This document shows, piece after piece, positions 55,997-64,000 of a stretch of DNA of 64,000 nt; positions within the stretch are counted from its first letter, which is position 1, and the number at the start of each line of letters is the position of its first letter. Under the pieces are notes generated by a model. It did no database searches, was not told where the DNA came from, and saw nothing but the letters and a program-made list of their open reading frames with translations. The position numbers and the translations under genes are program-made. Source of the stretch: the human T2T-CHM13v2.0 reference genome, Homo sapiens; the NCBI RefSeq assembly GCF_009914755.1, contig NC_060927.1, one strand, 5' to 3'.

Positions 55997-56310
55997 TGTA
56001 GCGGACTCTAACCCAGGATTTGACTGTAAGACTTCAATTGGAAAGTTGACAGCCTTGTCAAAACTGGTAAGGGGGTAAAGAAGTGAGCCAGAAAAGGAAA
56101 GGAAGCCAATGCAAAATGCCTTCGTGAGTAAGCAGGTTACCACTCTAAGAAACGGAGCTCAGTCCCACTGGGAGCCTCTGGAAAACCTACCAGACTGCCT
56201 CAGTTATCTTCTTAGAGGGTAGGCAGCTGGGATTCTGCTCCACCAGTTCTCACCTGGCATTGGTGGAGGACTGCTCCCAGGGACTTTAACTCTGCAGCAC
56301 TCTAGCCTTT
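55997..56310 (-). mobile_element. LTR16C-like ERVL LTR fragment
   Basis: ggaagccaat..agcaggttaccact..gctcagtcccactggg..ccaccagttc..cattggtggaggactgctcc. Confidence 0.6.
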
Positions 56311-57889
56311 TTATATTTTCTTCTCCCTTGCAGTCTTTCAGACTTTCAGAGGAAAGCAATCTGATAACATAATTCCTCAGAAAGTATTAATATGACTTAG
56401 AGAAAATGTGCAATGGTTAACCTTCTCAACAGTGAATCCCAAATGGGGGAATTTTAAGCGTGTATCGGATGGGAGAGGCTTTCCTAGTCTCCCTACTACA
56501 TCTCCCTACTCCCAAGCCTCCATCCCTACTTGCTGCTGCATCTGCTGGCAAGGCTTGTCTGTCCTGAAAGCTGCTGAAAGTTAGCATTTACTAGTGACAT
56601 CACTTAGTGAATATGAGTGTGAGCCTTATCAAAACTGTGACCCATGTGGCCCCACTCCATACCAATGTGCACATCTTTAACCACTTTGGGCATCTTGAAT
56701 GAAAGCCACATAGATACAAAGCATTATTCCCATTTACTAGTAATGATGGTAATAAATCCAAAGAACAAGAACAAAACCTGATGCTTGGGGACATTCTGAG
56801 TATGTAGCAGACTCCTTGAAGGAACTCATTTCTTAGCACAAGCATAACTGCACTTATGCCAGATGCAATCTCATTTCCGCACATAATTCCCATTGTTTTA
56901 AGACAATTCAAATCCCATCTTTCCTCAGAGGAAAGGCTGTGATTGCAAAACAGGAGTTTTTTACAGCAGGGATAAATTGGGTTATTCTACAGAACTATTT
57001 TATCTGGGGAAAACAAAAACAAAAACAAAAAAAAACGAAAAACACCCCAAGCAGGCAAAGCAGGCCTAAAGGAGACTCCTGTAGGTTGCTATGGACAATC
57101 AGACCTGGCCAGGTAGAAATTCCTTACATAAATCCTGAAAGAGACTTGAAAAGATTTTCTGCTGTCTGGCATGTGCAGCAGTGCAGAGAAAGTGACAAGT
57201 GAGCTACCTGACTGTCAAATGTGTCAAGATTCCTCAGAATATTCATATCAGAGGCTAGTCTCAGGCTCCACTGAGCACACGATGCTTCAAATAACCACTT
57301 TCAAAGGTAAGGCTTGTAGGACAGGAGGGGGTTTCTACCCGTCTCCAATAATGTGGGTTATTCACTACTTGCTAGACCCTGGTTTAAGCACCATTCACGC
57401 AATAACTCACAACCACCTTCTACTATTATTCTTATCCCCATTTTGCTCCCAAGTGAGGCTCTTGATCAGGTCACTTTCCCAAGGTCAAAACAACTGAGAT
57501 CTGAACCCAGCTCTGACTTGCTACTCTGGTCCCTGTTGCAATCATTTCCAAGCTTTTAGTGTTTCACATCTAACGTGCACAGGTTCAGGAAACAAATGGC
57601 TGAGCCTTTCCAGCAGTGAGGTGGGCAGCCCTCTGCTGCCTCTCAGCCTTGACTTGTGCCACAGCATCCCCAATTGGACACTCCTGAGAGTTCACCCAAG
57701 GGATGGGCGGCCTTCAGCTCATCACGTCTAACCTCTCCTCTTTCATTCTAGAAAGCATTTCAGGTTGCAAATAAGCGATATTTATATTGTCATAAGAATA
57801 ACCCTGAATTGACTCATATATTTATTAGAAAGTCAACTACTCCCAAACCTCGGTTGAGGCACTAATGTGTAGGGGTTATCTCCTTGGGC

Positions 57890-58100
57890 TCAGGGGCCAA
57901 AAGAACTTCTGAATTCACCTGCTTTATTCACAAGTCACTTGCAAGGCAAAGCAGTTAAGTTATCTGAGTCTCAGTTTCTTCATCTGTCAGGTAGACCATT
58001 TTATAGTATCCGTTCATGGTGAGGATCAAATGAAATAACGCACGTAAAGAGCTCTGAACAATATCTGGAACACAAACAGCCTTCAGTAAATGTTAGTCTC
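57890..58100 (+). mobile_element. MIR
   Basis: tctgagtctcagtttcttcatctgt..gtgaggatcaaatgaaataa..gtaaag..agtaaatgttag. Confidence 0.8.
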
Positions 58101-58134
58101 ATTATCACCATTATCATCTTATTATTTTCTGTAG

Positions 58135-58172
58135 TGGCAAACCTCCAGCTGATGAGGACAGAGCAGCTCCAG
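58135..58172 (+). other. Candidate plus-strand small exon (38 nt)
   Basis: Acceptor tcttattattttctgtag|TG; consensus donor CAG|GTGAGT. Confidence 0.35.
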
Positions 58173-60754
58173 GTGAGTTAAAGGAACAGCCTTCCAGTTC
58201 TCTGACTGGATGAAGTCTCAAACTTGGCCTCTCCTTATTGACCTTTCGAGCCAGCCATTTGACTGCTTGTCAGCACCTCTTTCACGAGGCACCTCACTTC
58301 TGGGGGATCATAAGTAAGATTTAAGGTCTGAACGATGGGACTGTCAAGTGAAATTCCTCCTTTCTTTTGGCAAAACAGCCAAGACCTTCCAGAGCTGTCC
58401 TGGAAGGAGACCATACCCTGAATGTTTCAATACATTATGGTGACATTTATGCAACACGGATTCTGTGTGCCAAGCTCCACACTCAGAGCTGGGGCCTCAC
58501 AGCCAAATCAGCCTAGTCCCTGCCCTGGGTAAAAGCATAGTGAAGTGCCTCTCATTTCATCAGAATAGAGTAGGAGTCTGAAAGAGTCAATAAATCCTAA
58601 AAGTCAGAATTAAAAAACAGTACAGTACTACTAACTTTTATACCTCGATGAATGATATCAATGTATATCTCACTCCAGATCAAATATTCAGCAATTATCA
58701 AATGCTATTACACTGATAAGATTTCTATGAAACACACAGTACAACAGTATAAGAATGTTTCTTCTTTCAAAAGAAAAACAGAAACACAGAAGCTGACCTT
58801 CTGCTCAGATGAATCTAGGTGTGAACTCTCACTGGCTACTTGCAAGCTGGGATACTTAGCAAGTGACCTAACTATCTTGACTTTGTTCTCCACTTCTGCA
58901 AGATGGAGGCATTGACACCACCAACCACAGAGGGGTGCTACGTGTGTGCAATGTGACAAGGCAGCTGAAGCACTTAGCACAATGCCTAGCATTCACCAAT
59001 TGTTAGAAATGCTTCTTATTTTTAAAGTGCCTCCAAACTCACTACATAGATTCACTGGCAACAATTCAGCAAAGAAACTTCTAATGGATTCAGAGAAGGA
59101 ATACGTTTAATATTTTCTAATGGAAAGCATTTCAGAGTTAATGTATATAACTTGTTTCCGCAAGTCCACAAGTATCTTTATGTCTACTTGGGCACATAGG
59201 AAGGAACAAGCTTTTACAGATACCAGAGTACCTTGCAAGATTGGCTGGCACTGGTGCAAGCTAGTGTGGGTCACTCCATAGAAATTCATTTTTCTGCACT
59301 AGCTCTTAATGGTCCTTCTCTGCTGGGCATTTTCGGCTATGGTTTAAAGTAAATGCATTCAAATAAACATCTTTTGGTGCCAGAAATGCCATGGGCACAT
59401 ACTTTTCTTTCAATGGTCCTGGGAAGTGGTTTGTTAAACTATTGTTCTCGATTAAAAACTCGTGTGTTTGTTCAGTCCAATATGGGTCACCGCTATGAGT
59501 GAAAGATCCCTTGACATGGCAAAACCTCGACTTGTGACAAGCCAGTGCCAAGTATGTCTTAACCAGATGCAGGCCAGGGTTTGATTAGCAGCCACTGAAT
59601 TCCATGTAAAATCAGATAATGATGGTTTTTCGCCTTTCTGTTGAGCAAATATCCTCAGCTTTTAATCAAGTCTATACATGAAAACTCCTCTATAAATAAC
59701 TTTATGCAGTACAATGGTTTTAAAACTATGGTTCATCTCAACTTTCCTGACCTTTGACTGCTTAATCTGAGAAGAACCTGTGCAATACCAACTAAAAATA
59801 AAGGAACTACACTATTTATTTTGGCAGATTCCATAAAGATATAATAGAGGGACATGTGGTGAGTGGAAATTCTCTACCACACACAGAGAGAAAAGAAAGG
59901 AAAGGCTCTGGAGCCCATTTTTGTTCTCCCACTTGTGGGATAGCATCTATTAGACAATGATGATATTAGGACGGCAGAGACAAGTGCCGCTTTGGAATGC
60001 TGCACCAGACTCCATGGCCATGCACAGAAGCCTTCTCTGCCCCGTTTGATGTCCAAAGGGTCCAACTCAAACCTGGGAAACATGAACCTTTTCAGAGAGG
60101 CTGGGGTCTCAGCCTGGGCTTCCTCTCCTTTCTTGTGGGTACAATTTGGGCATCTGAAGTTAATTACTTGCAGGTGCATTTTGGCTGCGTGCAATGGAGG
60201 GGGGTTCCCAATTAGCCTCTTGCAGGTGTAATTAGCAATTTCACCTCACTTTGAGGGGGCAAGTGGATAATTGTGCCCATGAGGTTGTTCCTAAAGGGGT
60301 CTAGCAGAATGCCCATTGCAGACTGCTGTCTGGAGAATAAGCTCCATGAAATGGGATGCTGAGCATTCAGGAGTAAGTGTCAGGTGTCCACGTGGGGTCT
60401 AGAAGTGGAGCCCCACATGGAGGGTGGGGTTAGGAGTTCCTTCTGGTTCTTCACATCCATAAAAGAGAGTGGAGCCACAAAACAGCATTGAGAAACAAGG
60501 ACCTCAGGCAGACTCTCTGAGGCATAAGGGAGTAAATACTTTGGCCTGATGACATTGAGTAATGCAAGAAAAACTAGCTCAGAACGGGAGTGGACCAGAA
60601 CTACAGAATTAACATTTTGTAGAACAAAAAAAGCAAAGCAACTCAGTGAAAATAAATTATTATTAACTTTGCCATAAGCCTTACACTTAAAGTGTTGTCA
60701 CAGAAATCAACTCACGTGAGCTCATAAACTTAGTTATAATATTCAAAATTTTAA

Positions 60755-60960
60755 TAACAACACTTACTGAGCACTTATGGTGTCTGACCTTATTCTGAAA
60801 GCGTGTGTGTATTCAACCGATGCTCTTAACAGACTGCTTTAAAGACTCGCTCTACCCATTTTAAAGAAGATAAATTGAGGCACAGGGAGATCAGGTAGCA
60901 TACCCAAGGTTACACAGCGAGTAAGTAGTGGAGCCAGATCTCCAAGCCGGGCAGGGCACC
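60755..60960 (-). mobile_element. MIR
   Basis: cacttactgagcactta..cccattttaaaga..aattgaggcacag..cccaaggttacacagc. Confidence 0.8.
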
Positions 60961-62808
60961 AGATAGGTCACTACTCTGGGTGAGAAAATGTTCAAACAAG
61001 AAGATGGAATCAGGGAGTTGAGGCTTGCTCTGCAGGATGCATCTATACAAAATCATTAATTGCTTCATTCATTTGTTCAACCATCTGATCACTCAAGGAA
61101 CATTTAGTGAGCCCTGGGCCAAGCTACTGCGCTGGCATAAGTGTAACGGAGAGGGAGACAGCCTTCTTAGCCCCAGTGTCAGGCTAATGTTTTATAACTT
61201 GAAGGTTTCCTTGGCTGCTTGTTCAGTGTTGGGAAGAAAAATGGGAGAGAGCAAGAGAAGAAGGAAGGAAACAGAATGAGGAAAAGAGACAGGTATGAAG
61301 GGTGCTAGAGCGTGTGAAGAAGGGGTAAAAAAAAGAAACCTTCAAAATGAGTTTTTCTTCTGAAAATGAATCCTTTTATGAGGGGGAGAGGAGAAACCAC
61401 ATCAACTGAACAGTGAGATTAGACTGATGAATGTGGAGGAGAAACCCTACTGTTCCTCCAGATGATTGCTTGCTTTAACAAGAATAGGTGTGCAATAGGA
61501 CTGCCAAAAGTTATTCCCCATGTTAAAATCTGAAAACCAAAATGACCCCATCTCTGGCTCGCCGGCCACTGTGGTCTGTAGAGGGGCTAATTCTGAGCAC
61601 TTGAGTTCTGGGAAACCCATCAAACACGTGGAAATGAGCTTGATGAGAATCGCTAGATGTGAAGGGGCTGAGTGCTACTAAGACAAATTCCACTGCCCCA
61701 TTCCCTTACTGACCAACCACCTATATTTTATCATTTTTATTGAAGCACACTTTACCAGCGTCATTACATATTAACCTGTGTTGAGATTGAAACAGAAGAT
61801 TCACAGTGATGCACCCTAAAGGATGTGCAAAACTTGAGAGAACACCAGGACCAAAAGAAACCTAACTTGTTTTCTGACAAAGCTGATGGTCATTCTAACA
61901 AGAGCTGATGTAGCATGCATGCAAATGTCTCACAGGGACCACCATTCAGTCCTCATGATGAACTTATGAACAGCTATGACTCCATTAACCTAATAACACC
62001 TAATACATACATATTGAGAGCTTCTGTGTGTCCCACACTGTGCAAAGCCCTTTATGGAGACTATCTGATGATGGAGAATATCTCTCAATAATCAGTAGAT
62101 TACCATAGGCTGGGGCTCAGAGAAGTCCCACACCTTGCCTAAGGTCACACAGCTGGCAGGTGTCAGGACAGAGAGAGAATGTGTACATTCAGGTGTGTTC
62201 ATGCTATGCTCCCAGCATTCACATGGAGTTGGTTAAAAAATGATCTTTCCTTTGATGTTTCCTAAGACTTCATTTAAAACTTCAGATTTTTTTTTCTTTT
62301 TCTGAGAGGGTGTAAAGGATATTTTCACTGTAAAAGTCCCCTTTGCTTTACTGGTTTCATTAAGTAGCTGGGCATTTATTCTATTGGCTTATTAAAGCCT
62401 TGCAAGTGTACATTTTTAAATGTTCTGAGATTTGAAATTGACATGGTGCAGTTGTTCAAGAGATTGTGAACTTGGCATAGCGTTAGTCATCAAAGAAGTT
62501 TTGACTTTGGCATGGTGATAGTCTTCCAAAATATTTCCTTTTAAGATCCTCACTTATTCTAAAAAGACTTAAAATCAACTAACACATGGGGCCTGTTTCT
62601 GAAATTTATGTTGCTACAATATAATCTTCAAGTTAGTCCTTTAGGGCTAAGACCTGTTACACCCCTTAATTAAATTATCTTGTTTTATTATGTACAGCAA
62701 TGAAAGTAGGGACTCGGTGACCCACTCAGTGAGCATGCTTAATTGGTTTTTTCATCCTCATCATGGTTCTTATCACCAGCTGGACTGTTCTGACTTACAA
62801 GAATTTTT

Positions 62809-63168
62809 TTTTCTTTTTTTTCTTTTTTTTTTTTTTTGAGACGGAGTCTCGCTCTGTCGCCCAGGCTGGAGTGCAGTGGCGCAATCTTGGCTCACTGCAA
62901 GCTCCGCCTCCTGGGTTCACGCCATTCTCCTACCTCAGCCTCCCCGAGTAGCTGGGACTACAGGCACCCGCCACTCTCCTACCTCAGCCTCCCGAGTAGC
63001 TGGGACTACAGGCACCCGCCACTATGCCCGGCTAATTTTTTGTATTTTTGGTAGAGACGGGGTTTCACCGCGTTAGCCAGGATGGTCGCGATCTCCTGAC
63101 CTCGTGATCCACCCGCCTCGGCCTCCCAAAGTGCTGTGATTACAGGCGTGAGCCGCCGCACCGAGCCC
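62809..63168 (-). mobile_element. AluY with an internal 48/49-bp tandem duplication
   Basis: AluY-type bases (gcaagctccg, cacgccattc, gttagccaggatgg); TSD CAAGAATTTTT (62798-62808 / 63169-63179). Confidence 0.95.
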
Positions 63169-63412
63169 CAAGAATTTTTAATAGCCATCATGCTGCCTAG
63201 ACTCGTCATGGCAAACCCCTTCTTCTTTTTCTTCATTCGCCAATCACACATGGCTTTGCCAATATCATCTGGGCTAAACTAATGAGGTCAGGAATTGTGC
63301 AGTGCCTTTCATTTCTATTTTAAAAGACATGAAGGAGTCATTTGGCCTCTTTGTGCTGAGTTAGTAGAGCAAAACTGGGTCCACTCAATTACATTTTAAG
63401 TCCATTGTAATT

Positions 63413-63455
63413 GAGCTGGCTTCATGAGAGAGCTGGCCTCATGAGAAAGCTGGCC
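63413..63455. repeat. 17-bp tandem repeat x2.5
   Basis: gagctggc(t/c)tcatgaga x2 plus aagctggcc. Confidence 0.9.
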
Positions 63456-63948
63456 ATGGGCACTCACCCATCTGAGTGATTTGAAGTGACCTCAGAGAGT
63501 TCACTTGCTCCAAGGCTTTAAATTCCCATCATTCAAGCTGGACCACATGCAATGTTCTTTTAAAATCCCAATATCCTCCCAGAGGGAGTACATTTTCTGC
63601 CTTCATAGTGTTCACCTCTTGTCTTTGTTATCCCAGTACCCTTCATACTTTGGCAAATGGCCTTCCTACCATACCCTGCTGTCCTGGTAAACATCTTAGG
63701 CATGGGTCCCCCTCCTCCCTGTCTCAGGGTGGGCATTTTACCCAGCCTGAGTCATTCATAGTGCATGCCCCTCCTCCTCCTCACCCCCACAACAAATGAT
63801 TGGTTTAGACATGGGCTTTGAGAGGGACGGAGAAGGAAGTCAATGACCTGGCCTACTGGAATTGAGAAGCTTTCTCTAAATCCATAGATGAGTAGCCCAA
63901 ATGCAAAAGAGGGGACACAGGGTATGGCAGATACTATAACATACTACT

Positions 63949-64000
63949 TACTAAACTCATTTTTTCTTCTTCCTGGTTTCATTTTCCAGATCCCATCGCT
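63949..64000 (+). other. Strong 3' splice site; candidate exon starts at 63990 and runs off the window
   Basis: Branch-like TACTAAAC, long pyrimidine tract tttttcttcttcctggtttcattttccag|ATCCCATCGCT, and no other AG for about 55 nt upstream. Confidence 0.45.

Overview
Primate (most likely human) nuclear DNA. It is AT-rich and CpG-depleted, with no CpG island and no protein-coding gene I can recognise, so it is probably intronic or intergenic; I cannot name the locus. A large part is interspersed repeat: about 14 Alu copies (J, S and Y types), two short L1PA 3' ends with target-site duplications (TSDs), older L1M remnants, many L2/MIR relics, MaLR and ERVL LTRs, an ERVL integrase relic, and hAT/mariner MITEs. 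Repeat family names come from my recollection of consensus sequences, not from a search. Nearly all ORFs in the supplied track are repeat-derived or chance frames. The best non-repeat signal is a pair of well-formed minus-strand candidate exons (43283-43091 and 292-184) that would splice in frame across about 42.8 kb into a small ORF. Other signals are a chain of plus-strand candidate exons, a triple NF-kB-like site cluster apparently built by tandem duplication, several homeobox/E-box clusters that look like enhancers, perfect hairpins, and many short tandem duplications. No rRNA, tRNA, CRISPR array or prokaryotic-type system is present, and nothing here is demonstrably a new biological system.
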